Below, one piece after another: positions 19,338 through 28,536 of a stretch of DNA of 64,000 nucleotides. The notes beneath the pieces were generated by a model. It was not told where the DNA came from. It made no database searches and saw only the letters and a list, made by a program, of their open reading frames with translations. This DNA is from Betaproteobacteria bacterium (GTDB taxonomy: Bacteria; Pseudomonadota; Gammaproteobacteria; Burkholderiales; SG8-39): positions 2,660 through 66,659 of the forward strand of contig JBQTJX010000003.1 of the NCBI GenBank assembly GCA_052386675.1, written 5' to 3'. The stretch's first letter is position 1, and the number at the start of each line of letters is the position of its first letter. The position numbers and the translations under genes are program-made.

Positions 19338-21170
19338 GTGGGTGCCTCCTCCGTCGTCCTCCAGTTCCTGAACGGGCTGGCCGGCGCCTCCACGCTGTTC
19401 CTCGTGGCCGCCGGGTTGTCGCTCATCTTCGGGGTCACCCGCATCGTCAATTTCGCCCACGGCTCGCTGGTGATGCTGGGTATGTACATCGCGGTCGCGC
19501 TGTCGGATGCCATCGGCTTCTGGTGGGCCCTGCCTTGCGCTGCGCTGGCGGTGGCGACGCTTGGCGCGCTGCTGGAGACCACCCTGCTGCGAAGGCTGTA
19601 CCAGGCACCCGAACTGCTCCAGCTCCTGGCCACCTTCGCGCTGGTGCTCGTCATTCGCGACTACGCGCTGTGGCAGTGGGGACCGGAGGACCTCCTCGGC
19701 CCCCGGGCGCCCGCGCTCGAGGGCGCGGTCACGATCCTCGGACAGCCGTTTCCGGCCTATGACCTGTTCCTGATCGCCGTGGGACCGGTGGTCCTGGGCG
19801 CGCTCTGGCTCCTGCTGAACCGGACGCGCTGGGGCACGCTGGTCCGCGCCGCCACGCAGGATCGCGAGATGGCCTCGGCGCTGGGCGTCAACCAGCGGGC
19901 GCTGTTCACCGCGGTGTTCGCCCTCGGCGCCCTGCTCGCGGGCCTCGGCGGCGCGCTGCAGATTCCGCGCGAGCCGGCGACCTTGCACGTCGACCTCGCC
20001 GTCGTGTCCGACGCGTTCGTGGTCGTGGTCGTGGGCGGGCTTGGTTCCATACCCGGCGCGTTCGCCGCGGCGCTGCTCATCGCAGAGGTGAAGGCCTTCT
20101 GCATCGGCCTGGGCTACTCCAAGCTCACGCTGGTGGTGGAGTTCCTGGTGATGGCGCTGGTGCTGGTGTTCCGGCCCTGGGGGCTGCTTGGCCGCATGCC
20201 GGCGCAGGTACGCGGCCCGGCGGCAGTCGAACTGCCGCTCCCTGTTCCGTCGCCGCGCGTGCTGGCCGGCCTGTGCGGCTTGGTCGTGGCGCTCACGCTG
20301 GTGCCGCTTGCGACCACCGGCTACACGCTGGTGCTCCTGACCGACATCCTGGTGTTCGCCCTGTTCGCGGTCAGCCTGCACTTCATCAGCGGGCCAGCGG
20401 GGCTGCATTCCTTCGGCCATGCCGCCTACTTCGGGCTGGGCGCCTACGGCGCCGGCATCCTGGCGTTGCGCGCGGGGGTCCCCATGGAACTGTCCCTCGC
20501 CGCCGCGCCATTGTTCGCCGGCGCGGGCGCCCTGCTGTTCGGCTGGTTCTGCGTGCGCCTGTCCGGCATCTACCTGGCCATGCTGACGCTGGCCTTCGCC
20601 CAGATCGCCTGGTCGGTTGCGTTCCAGTGGGACGCGGTCACGGGCGGCTCGAACGGACTGATCGGCATCTGGCCCGCGCCCTGGCTGGCATCGAAGGCCG
20701 CCTACTTCTGGCTCGTGCTGGCGACCACTTCGGCGGCCATCGCGCTGCTGTGGCGCGCCCTGCACTCGCCCTTTGGCTACGCGTTGCGCGCCGCGCGCGA
20801 TTCCCCGCTGCGCGCCGATGCAATCGGCCTCGACGCGCGCAGGCTGCAATGGGCGGCCTTCACCTTCGCCGGCCTGTTCGCGGGCATCGCCGGCGCGCTC
20901 TACGCGTTCTCCAAGGGCTCCATCTCGCCCGAGTCCATGGCGGTGCCGCGGTCGGTGGACGGACTGGTGATGGTCCTCCTGGGGGGAATCCAGACGCTGA
21001 CTGGGCCGCTCTGGGGCGCGGCCTTGTTCACCTGGCTGCAGGACGCCGTGGCGCGCGGCTTCGACTACTGGCGCGCCGCGATCGGCTGCGTGGTTCTCGC
21101 GCTCGTGCTCGTGCTGCCGGGCGGCCTGGGCAGCCTGGGCGCGCTCGTGAAGCGCAAGGGTGCCGCATGA
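19338..21170 (+). CDS. Fused LivH-LivM type ABC permease
   Basis: N-terminal half GLSLIFGVTRIVNFAHG (LivH); C-terminal half HSFGHAAYFGLGAY, RLSGIYLAMLTLAFAQ (LivM). Confidence 0.9.
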   Translation: MGASSVVLQFLNGLAGASTLFLVAAGLSLIFGVTRIVNFAHGSLVMLGMYIAVALSDAIGFWWALPCAALAVATLGALLETTLLRRLYQAPELLQLLATFALVLVIRDYALWQWGPEDLLGPRAPALEGAVTILGQPFPAYDLFLIAVGPVVLGALWLLLNRTRWGTLVRAATQDREMASALGVNQRALFTAVFALGALLAGLGGALQIPREPATLHVDLAVVSDAFVVVVVGGLGSIPGAFAAALLIAEVKAFCIGLGYSKLTLVVEFLVMALVLVFRPWGLLGRMPAQVRGPAAVELPLPVPSPRVLAGLCGLVVALTLVPLATTGYTLVLLTDILVFALFAVSLHFISGPAGLHSFGHAAYFGLGAYGAGILALRAGVPMELSLAAAPLFAGAGALLFGWFCVRLSGIYLAMLTLAFAQIAWSVAFQWDAVTGGSNGLIGIWPAPWLASKAAYFWLVLATTSAAIALLWRALHSPFGYALRAARDSPLRADAIGLDARRLQWAAFTFAGLFAGIAGALYAFSKGSISPESMAVPRSVDGLVMVLLGGIQTLTGPLWGAALFTWLQDAVARGFDYWRAAIGCVVLALVLVLPGGLGSLGALVKRKGAA

Positions 21171-21919
21171 GCGTGCTGCGGGCGATCGGCCTGCGCAAGT
21201 CCTTCGGCGGCGTGCACGCGGTGCGCAACGTGGGTTTCGAGGTCGCGGCGGGCGAACTGCTGGCGATGATCGGTCCCAACGGCGCCGGGAAATCCACCTG
21301 CTTCAATCTCGTCAACGGCCAGCTCGCCCCGGACTCGGGCCGGGTCCTGCTCGGGGAACGCCTGATCACCGGACTTGCGCCGCGCGCCATCTGGCGCCTC
21401 GGCGTTGGCCGCACCTTCCAGGTCACCGCGACTTTCGGCTCGATGACGGTGCGCGAGAACGTGCAGGTCGGGCTGCTGTCGCACGCCCGGCGCCTCGCCT
21501 CGCCGTTTGCCGCGGCGCCACGGCTGCAGGTTGCGCAGGCCGATGCCCTGCTGGCGCAGGTCGGGATGCTGGACCAGGCCGATCGCCCCGCGGCCGTGCT
21601 CGCCTATGGCGACCTCAAGCGCCTGGAACTGGCGATGGCCCTGGCCAACCGGCCGCGCCTCCTTCTCATGGACGAGCCGACCGCGGGCATGGCCGCCGCG
21701 GAGCGCGCCGCCTTGATGCAGTTGACCGCCTCCCTCGCCCGCGCTTCCGGAATTGCGGTGTTGTTCACCGAGCACGACATGGACGCCGTGTTCACCAATG
21801 CCGACCGCGTGATCGTGCTGGCCGACGGCGAGGTGATCGCGCAGGGCGCGCCCGCGCAGGTACGCGCGGACCGGCGCGTGCGCGAGGCCTACCTGGGAAC
21901 GGAGGCTGCCGATGCTTGA
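21167..21919 (+). CDS. ABC ATP-binding protein, LivG type
   Basis: GPNGAGKST, LLMDEPTAG, TEHDMD; ATG 21167 overlaps the permease stop. Confidence 0.93.
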   Translation: MSVLRAIGLRKSFGGVHAVRNVGFEVAAGELLAMIGPNGAGKSTCFNLVNGQLAPDSGRVLLGERLITGLAPRAIWRLGVGRTFQVTATFGSMTVRENVQVGLLSHARRLASPFAAAPRLQVAQADALLAQVGMLDQADRPAAVLAYGDLKRLELAMALANRPRLLLMDEPTAGMAAAERAALMQLTASLARASGIAVLFTEHDMDAVFTNADRVIVLADGEVIAQGAPAQVRADRRVREAYLGTEAADA

Positions 21920-22613
21920 AGCACGTGCGCTGGCAACCGGCTACGGGCGCGCGCAGGTGCTGTTCGGGCTCGACCTGGAGTTGCTGGAAGGCGAAGTCGT
22001 CGCCCTGCTCGGGCGCAACGGCGCGGGAAAATCGACGACCCTGAAATCCCTGATGGGCCTCGTTCCCGCCACGGCGGGCGAAGTGCGCTTCCGTGGCGCG
22101 CGCATCGACCGCCTCGCCCCGTGGCGGATCGCGCGGCTCGGCCTCGGCTATGTGCCGGAGGATCGGAGGATCTTCACCGACCTCACGGTGAGGGAGAACC
22201 TGGCAGTCGGGCGCCTGCCGCGGCGCGAAGGCGCCGTGCACTGGACACCGGAGCGCCTCTTCGAGCTGTTCCCGAACCTGGGCCGCATGCAGGACCGGCC
22301 GGGTGGCCGGATGTCGGGCGGCGAGCAGCAGATGCTCAGCATTGCCCGCAGCCTGATGGGCGACCCGCTCGCGCTGCTGCTGGACGAACCCTCGGAGGGC
22401 CTCGCGCCGGTGATCGTGGACGCCATGGCCCGCGCGATCCTGGAGCTCAAGCGCGAAGGGCTGTGCATCCTCCTCGCCGAGCAGAACCTGCGTTTCGCGC
22501 GCCGCGTCGCCGACCGCGCCCTGGTCCTGGAGTCAGGCCGCCTGCGCCATGCCGCGACCATGGCCGAACTCAATGCGTCCCCCGAACCGCTGCACCAGTA
22601 CCTCGCAGCCTGA
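21912..22613 (+). CDS. ABC ATP-binding protein, LivF type
   Basis: GRNGAGKST, MSGGEQQML, LLDEPSEGLAP, AEQN. Confidence 0.93.
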   Translation: MLEARALATGYGRAQVLFGLDLELLEGEVVALLGRNGAGKSTTLKSLMGLVPATAGEVRFRGARIDRLAPWRIARLGLGYVPEDRRIFTDLTVRENLAVGRLPRREGAVHWTPERLFELFPNLGRMQDRPGGRMSGGEQQMLSIARSLMGDPLALLLDEPSEGLAPVIVDAMARAILELKREGLCILLAEQNLRFARRVADRALVLESGRLRHAATMAELNASPEPLHQYLAA

Positions 22614-22634
22614 GGCGCCGGGCGCTTCCCGTGA

Positions 22635-23747
22635 TCAATCGCCGAAGCAGATCCCCAGGTCGCGCGCGGTGCGTACCGTGTCCGACTTGACCGGAACGTT
22701 CCGGATGCGGCGCGCGATTTGGTAGAGCGGGACGTAGCGCACCGTCGGCGGCGCGAGCGCGACCATCACGCCACTGCGACCTTCGGCCAGCGCGCGCACC
22801 GCCGCCGCGCCGAAGCGCAGGGAGATCAGCCGGTCGAAGGTCGTCGGCGGCCCGCCGCGCAGCAGGTGCCCCAGGACCACGTGCCGGGTCTCCTTGCCCG
22901 TGAGCCGACCCAATTCCTTCGCGACGTGCTCGCCGATGCCCCCCAGCCGTTCCGCGCGTCCCGCCTGCCGGTCCACGACCGAACGACGCCCGCCTCTGGG
23001 ACGCGCGCCCTCGGCGACCACCACGACCGAGTAGTATTTTCCTTCCGCCTCCCGCGCGCGCATTGCCGCCGCCACTTTCGGCATTTCGAACGGAATCTCC
23101 GGGATCAGGATGGCGTGCGCATCCGCCGAAACCCCGGAATTCAGGGCAATCCAGCCCGCGTAGCGGCCCATGACCTCGACCACCATGATGCGGCGATGGG
23201 AGGCCGCCGTGGTGTGCAGGCGTTCGACGCATTCCGTGGCGAAGGACACCGCCGTGTCGAAGCCGAAGGTGACCGCGGTGTCGGCGAGGTCGTTGTCGAT
23301 GGTCTTTGGCACCCCCACGACGCGCAGGCCCTTCTTCTCCAGCTCGTTGGCGATGCGCAGCGAGCCGTCGCCACCGATCGCGACCAGCGCATCGAGGCCT
23401 TCGCGGCGGAACGCGCGGACCAGCTCGGTGCTGCGGTCCTTCAGCACGTTACTGCCGTCCTTCTGACGCACCGGATAGCTGAGCGGGTTGCCCGCGTTGG
23501 TGGTGCCGAGGATGGTGCCACCCAGCTGGGTGATGCCCTGGACGCGCGCGGGCGTGAGCGGCACCACGCCGCCGACGCTGCTCGGACCCAGCAGGCCTTC
23601 GTAGCCGTCCCGGATGCCGACGCATTCCCAGCCCAGCCGGTGCGCGGTCATCACCACCGCGCGGATGACCGCGTTCAGGCCCGGCGCATCGCCGCCGCCG
23701 GTGCTGATCGCGATCCGCTTGATCCGGGCAGGACGCCGCTTCGCCAT
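22635..23747 (-). CDS. pfkA: 6-phosphofructokinase (PfkA family, group III-like)
   Basis: ISTGGGDAPGLNAVIRAV, GGTILGT, IGGDGS, PKTIDND, EVMGRYAGWIA, LGHLLRGG; ATG 23747. Confidence 0.93.
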   Translation of the reverse strand: MAKRRPARIKRIAISTGGGDAPGLNAVIRAVVMTAHRLGWECVGIRDGYEGLLGPSSVGGVVPLTPARVQGITQLGGTILGTTNAGNPLSYPVRQKDGSNVLKDRSTELVRAFRREGLDALVAIGGDGSLRIANELEKKGLRVVGVPKTIDNDLADTAVTFGFDTAVSFATECVERLHTTAASHRRIMVVEVMGRYAGWIALNSGVSADAHAILIPEIPFEMPKVAAAMRAREAEGKYYSVVVVAEGARPRGGRRSVVDRQAGRAERLGGIGEHVAKELGRLTGKETRHVVLGHLLRGGPPTTFDRLISLRFGAAAVRALAEGRSGVMVALAPPTVRYVPLYQIARRIRNVPVKSDTVRTARDLGICFGD

Positions 23748-23749
23748 CG

Positions 23750-25174
23750 CTAGCCCTGCGGCGGGACCCTGCGATGCCAGTCCGTGACCTGCTGGTAGGC
23801 GTGGCCGAGCCGGAACAGCAGGCCTTCGTCGAAGGGCCGGCCGATCAACTGGAACGCGCAGGGCAATCCTGCATTTCCCCCTACCGGCTGGAACCCGCAG
23901 GGCACCGCCAGCGAGGGCAAGCCGAGGTAGTTCACCGGCCTCATCAGCCGCGTCACCTTGCCCAGCACCTCGGTCATCTTCGCGCCGCCGCCGACGTCGG
24001 TCTCGGCGATGGTCGGCGTCGTGAAGGACACCACCGGCGCATGCACCGCATCCACTTTCGACATCACCCCGGCGAGCCAGGTGTTCAGCGCCTGGTCGCG
24101 CAGGCGCAGGGCGTTGATGTACTGCACCCCGGTCACCGCCATGCCCAGTTCGAGCCGCGCGCGCAGCTGGTCGGAATAATCCTGCGGCCGCTCGCGCAGC
24201 CAGGTCGAGTGCAGCGCCGCGGCCTCCACCGCGATGATCGCGATGCCGGCCTGGTTCCACGGCTCGATGTCCGGCAGCGGGACTTCGACGATCTCGCAAC
24301 CGAGGTCGGTGAAGGCCTTCAGGCTGCCGCGGACCAGCTTTTCCACCGCCGGATCCATCGCGTCGTAGAAATAGCCCGAGGGAACGCCGACGCGCAGGCC
24401 CTTCACCGATCTCGACAGGCCCGCCATGTAGTCCGGCACCGGTTGCGCGCTTGAGGTCGCGTCCGCCGGATCCTGTCCGGCGATCGCCTGCAGCACCAGT
24501 GCGCAGTCCTCGACGTTGCGGGCAAGGGGGCCCACGCAATCCATGGAGAACGACAGCGGCATGGCGCCGGCGCGGCTGACTCGGCCGTAGGTCGGCTTGA
24601 TGCCCGACACGCCGCAGAAATGCGACGGCAGGCGGATGGAACCTCCGGTGTCCGAACCCAGCGCGGCAAAGTTGGCGCGCGCGGCCAGCGTGGTTCCCGA
24701 ACCGGCCGACGAACCCCCGGTCATGTACTCCGGGTTCCAGGCATTGCGGCAGTGGCCAAGGTGATAGTTGTGTCCCGTGGGCCCATAGGCGAACTCGGTC
24801 ATGTGCAGGACCCCGAACTGCAGCGCCCCGGCCGCATCCAGGCGCTTGAGCGCGGTGGCGGTGGCCGGCGCCGGGCGCCCGGGCCCGATCTTCGAGCCGC
24901 AGGACGAGGGCACGCCTTCCCGGTAATACATGTCCTTGTGCGCCATCGGCACGCCGGCGAGCGGGCCGGAAACGCTGCCGCGCGCCAGCGCGCGATCTGT
25001 GGCCCTGGCCGCCGCGAGCGCATCTTCCTCATCGATCCGCACGAAGCAGTTCAGGCGCTGGTGCGCCTGCTTCGCCGCGCCAATGGTCGCCTGCATGACT
25101 TCGACCGCGCCAACCTTCTTCGCCTTCAGCAATCGCGCCAGTTCGGCGGCACCCGTGTTCAGCAGCTCGCTCAT
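23750..25174 (-). CDS. Amidase signature family enzyme (GatA/AtzE-like)
   Basis: Catalytic K in HKDMY, GGSSAGS, GSDTGGSIRLPS, GIKPTYGRVS. Confidence 0.92.
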   Translation of the reverse strand: MSELLNTGAAELARLLKAKKVGAVEVMQATIGAAKQAHQRLNCFVRIDEEDALAAARATDRALARGSVSGPLAGVPMAHKDMYYREGVPSSCGSKIGPGRPAPATATALKRLDAAGALQFGVLHMTEFAYGPTGHNYHLGHCRNAWNPEYMTGGSSAGSGTTLAARANFAALGSDTGGSIRLPSHFCGVSGIKPTYGRVSRAGAMPLSFSMDCVGPLARNVEDCALVLQAIAGQDPADATSSAQPVPDYMAGLSRSVKGLRVGVPSGYFYDAMDPAVEKLVRGSLKAFTDLGCEIVEVPLPDIEPWNQAGIAIIAVEAAALHSTWLRERPQDYSDQLRARLELGMAVTGVQYINALRLRDQALNTWLAGVMSKVDAVHAPVVSFTTPTIAETDVGGGAKMTEVLGKVTRLMRPVNYLGLPSLAVPCGFQPVGGNAGLPCAFQLIGRPFDEGLLFRLGHAYQQVTDWHRRVPPQG

Positions 25175-25371
25175 TTCGAGCCCCGGTTCAGCGTGGCGGC
25201 AAAGTTGGCGGGCTCGGCTTCGAAGGCGAGCCCGCGCGTCGCCACCTGCTCGACTGCCAGCTGTCGCTGCAGTACCTGCGCTGCCGCGGCGGCGCGCGCC
25301 GCGTCCAGCTCCACCCCTTGCAGCGCAACCAGCCTGCGGAACGTTTCCGCGGTCCCTGCGTCATCTTCCAT
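25171..25371 (-). CDS. Small (66 aa) putative amidase accessory subunit (AtzG/GatC-like position)
   Basis: Helical sequence ending LAFEAEPANF; stop overlaps the amidase ATG; family call rests on size, C-terminal motif and position only. Confidence 0.55.
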   Translation of the reverse strand: MEDDAGTAETFRRLVALQGVELDAARAAAAAQVLQRQLAVEQVATRGLAFEAEPANFAATLNRGSK

Positions 25372-25405
25372 GGCAGTGCCCCGTCGAACGAAAATCCGGT
25401 TTGAC

Positions 25406-26527
25406 CTAGTGCAGCGCGGCCTCGGCCTCCAGCGCCACCGGTTCGTAGTCGCAGCGCGACGGCACGTCGGGGGCGATGTGCATCACGCGGCCCGCCAACT
25501 CCATCACCACGGAGGCGACGGTCTCGACGCGCACGAACGCGGGCAGCGCCGGGTCGGGCTCGCGGCAGATGGACAGCAGCCCGTCGGTCTCGTCGCGCAG
25601 CAGCGCCTTGATGCTGTCCAGGTCGTGCTTCACGCGCTCGCGCGCCACCGCCTCCGCGCGCGCAAGGCGCGGCTCGGAGGACAGGCTGGCCGGCGGCCCG
25701 ACCACCGAGCGTTGCGCCGCGGCGACCAGGAAGTGATTGGTGTGGCACAGCGTCCCGTCGGTCTGGCGCACCACGCCGGTGGCGACCGGCGAGACTTCGA
25801 AACTCGCCGAGCCGCCCTTGGCGTCGGCGCACAGGATGTTCGAGGAACTGGCGTACCTGAGGCGCTTGAGCAGGCGCTCGGCTTCGGCGACATCGGCGCA
25901 CTCGAGCAGCTTGCGCAGGACGACGTGCACCGGCACCCCCAGGCTCAGGCCATCGTCGCGCGAGCGCAGGATATTGAGGCAGACGCCGAAGCCGCGGCTG
26001 TTCAGGCCGATCTTGGCCAGCATTCCCGCTTCGGTCAGCGTCAGGCAGGCATGCGCGCCGGTACTGGCGCGCAGCAGCACCAGGCATTCACGCTGGGAGC
26101 CCAGCCAGTCCCAGTTCTGCGCGAGCAGCGTCCGTCCGTTGGCGCTGCGGCCGGGCAACACCGCAATCGCGGTGCACTCGCCGAGGTCCGCGCCCTTGCG
26201 CATCGCGGCCAGCCATTCCGGGCTGGCCTTCTCCGGGAACGTCGGCGGCAGGATCTCGGTGCGCGCATTGAGCGCGAGGATCTCCGAGGTCTTGCGTCCC
26301 GAGCCCGCCGCGATGCCTTCGATCTCCTCGTACAGCGCCGCATCCAGCTCCCGGATCACGGGAGCGAAGCGCCCCGCGATGGCCTGCGCCTCGTCCCAGG
26401 CGAGGCCGGCGTGCCCGAACAGCGCGCGATAATTGGCCAGCGAGCGTTCTACGCGATCCCGTGCCAGTTCGCCATGCAGGCGTCCGCGCTCGAACGCGGT
26501 GCCCCTCAGCTCAAGGATGGGAAACAT
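25406..26527 (-). CDS. Peptidase C45 family Ntn hydrolase/acyltransferase
   Basis: LNARTEI, autocleavage site E-CTAIAV, LLAQNWDW, KIGLNSRG, HTNHF. Confidence 0.88.
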   Translation of the reverse strand: MFPILELRGTAFERGRLHGELARDRVERSLANYRALFGHAGLAWDEAQAIAGRFAPVIRELDAALYEEIEGIAAGSGRKTSEILALNARTEILPPTFPEKASPEWLAAMRKGADLGECTAIAVLPGRSANGRTLLAQNWDWLGSQRECLVLLRASTGAHACLTLTEAGMLAKIGLNSRGFGVCLNILRSRDDGLSLGVPVHVVLRKLLECADVAEAERLLKRLRYASSSNILCADAKGGSASFEVSPVATGVVRQTDGTLCHTNHFLVAAAQRSVVGPPASLSSEPRLARAEAVARERVKHDLDSIKALLRDETDGLLSICREPDPALPAFVRVETVASVVMELAGRVMHIAPDVPSRCDYEPVALEAEAALH

Positions 26528-26542
26528 GGTTCATCCTACTCC

Positions 26543-26956
26543 TCAGCCCGCCAGCGCGCGCAACGCGGTTTCGCTGCGCAACGTCAGGATGGTGGCGCCG
26601 GTAAACGCAATCACCGGCACGACGAAAAGGATCAGGCTGACACTGAAGCCGAAGCGTGGTGGCGGCGCGACGCGCCAACGTGTCCAGGCATTCAGCAGCA
26701 GCAGAATGGTGAAGACCCAGCAGAACAGCTCCAGTACCGGCCGGCTCCAGGCGCGCCCCAGCAGTACGCCCGTACCGCCAGCAAGCCCGAGCATCCAGAC
26801 GCCAAACAGGATCGTGTCCTCCACCACGCGAGCCGCCAGCGCGGCGCGGTCGCCGCGCAAGTGGACGGCGACAATAATCCAGGCGCCAACGAGGATGGCA
26901 CAGCCGCAAAGCACCGCGTAGAGCCAGCCGACGAGGTCCAAGGAGAGGAGGTCCAC
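26543..26956 (-). CDS. Hypothetical membrane protein (about 4 TM helices)
   Basis: Four hydrophobic segments; tight spacing within the minus-strand gene run. Confidence 0.7.
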   Translation of the reverse strand: MDLLSLDLVGWLYAVLCGCAILVGAWIIVAVHLRGDRAALAARVVEDTILFGVWMLGLAGGTGVLLGRAWSRPVLELFCWVFTILLLLNAWTRWRVAPPPRFGFSVSLILFVVPVIAFTGATILTLRSETALRALAG

Positions 26957-26960
26957 CCCC

Positions 26961-27818
26961 CTATTGCACCCGCAGAGCGCCTTCGACGCAAGTGACCGCG
27001 TTGCCGCCGAGAAAGACCTCGCCGCCCCTGACCTCGATGGACACGCTGCCGTCTCGACCCATCTGCATGCCCTGGCGGGAGCGGTAGGACTCGCCGTAGC
27101 GCCTCAGTTGCCCGGTATCCCTGAGGAACGCAGCGACGCTGATATTGCCGCTGCCGCACACCGGGTCCTCCGGAACACCCTGCGCCGGCGCAAAGGAACG
27201 CACGTGAACCGCCGCGCCGGGCTTGCCAGTGGCGCCGAACACCGTCATCCCTGTGGCGTGGATGGATTCGGTGAAGGCGCCGATGGCGGCCATGTCCGGA
27301 ACCAGCCCGTCCACGGCATGGGCGCTGCCAAGGTCCGCCACCAGCCACACCGGCCCGACCGCCACGATGCGAGGCGGGGACAGTACTTTCGTGCCCAGGA
27401 TCTTCTCCAGTTCCGGCAGCTTCGCCGCATCCAGCGGGGTGACCACCTGCGGCGGTGCCTTCACCTGGATGACGCCCCGTTCCTCGGTGAGGTCGAGCAC
27501 CCCTGCGGCGCATTGCTGGCGGAACCTGCCTGATCGTGGCTTCACGATCCCGGCCTCGATGGCGGCGTGCGCGCTGCCAATGGTCGGGTGCCCTGCGAAC
27601 GGCAGTTCGTGGCGCGGCGTGAATATGCGCAGGCAGTAGTCCGCGCCCGCCACCGATGGCTGGAGGACGAATGTGGTCTCCGAAAGATTGGTCCAGCCAG
27701 CGATGCGCTGCATCTCCTCGCCGCTCAGGCCATCTGCTTCCAGCACCACCGCGACCGGGTTGCCGCGGAACGGCACCGTCGTAAACACGTCGACCTGCTT
27801 GAAGCGGAGCGATTTCAT
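26961..27818 (-). CDS. PhzF family isomerase/epimerase
   Basis: QVDVFTTVPFRGNPVAVV, NLSETTFV, RIFTPRHELPFAGHPTIG, EDPVCGSGN; ATG 27818. Confidence 0.93.
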   Translation of the reverse strand: MKSLRFKQVDVFTTVPFRGNPVAVVLEADGLSGEEMQRIAGWTNLSETTFVLQPSVAGADYCLRIFTPRHELPFAGHPTIGSAHAAIEAGIVKPRSGRFRQQCAAGVLDLTEERGVIQVKAPPQVVTPLDAAKLPELEKILGTKVLSPPRIVAVGPVWLVADLGSAHAVDGLVPDMAAIGAFTESIHATGMTVFGATGKPGAAVHVRSFAPAQGVPEDPVCGSGNISVAAFLRDTGQLRRYGESYRSRQGMQMGRDGSVSIEVRGGEVFLGGNAVTCVEGALRVQ

Positions 27819-27861
27819 GAACTGGAGCCTAGGGGTTCGGGCGCCGGCGCGCCAGACACAG

Positions 27862-28536
27862 TCAGCGCGGGCGCAGCCGGTCCCCGGTGTAGGGGTTGAA
27901 GCGGTAGTTTCCTGGGAAGCGTTCACCGGTTTTCGTGTCCATCGCCGGCGGCAGCAGGCTTCCCAGGGGCAGTCGCCAGTCGTGACGGCGGCCGTCGAAA
28001 GTGATGGTGAAGCTCTCCTCCCGTCTTGGATCGAGCAAGCGGCCACCACCGGGGCGCCTGCCATCAAAGGCGATGAATTCCAACCCCTTGCCCACCTGGC
28101 CCAGCATGTTGGACAGCATTGGCTTCATGACCTGGAAGAAGGTGCGCAGCTCAGGCGAGAGCTGGTCATCGCCCAGGGGCGGGAATCGGGTTCCCCCCGG
28201 CGCAATGAGCTGGATCGCGGATATGATGGACTCCAGCGGGCGCGCCTTCACGCTGCCCAGCGTGCCGAGTTCCCCGTCCACGACAGCGACGATGACGTAG
28301 CGGTCCACAACCGCGAGCAATTGCTTCAGCTGTTCCGGCGACGACTGCGACGAGCTGGCCGCGCTTGCCTCCCAGTATTCATTCGGGATCCACCATACCA
28401 GCGTCAGCCGCGCGCCTTCCTGGTGCATGCGCTGGGTGTCATTGACCAGGGCGGCCGTGTCCGTCTGCGCGGTCGCGCCCGCTGGCCACAGCGGAATCAG
28501 CACGCCGCACAGCAATGCCAGTAGCGTCCTGATCAC
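27862..28536 (-). CDS. Hypothetical exported protein
   Basis: Signal peptide-like N-terminus (LLALLCGVLIPLWPAGATA); start overlaps the acyl-CoA ligase stop. Confidence 0.7.
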   Translation of the reverse strand: MIRTLLALLCGVLIPLWPAGATAQTDTAALVNDTQRMHQEGARLTLVWWIPNEYWEASAASSSQSSPEQLKQLLAVVDRYVIVAVVDGELGTLGSVKARPLESIISAIQLIAPGGTRFPPLGDDQLSPELRTFFQVMKPMLSNMLGQVGKGLEFIAFDGRRPGGGRLLDPRREESFTITFDGRRHDWRLPLGSLLPPAMDTKTGERFPGNYRFNPYTGDRLRPR

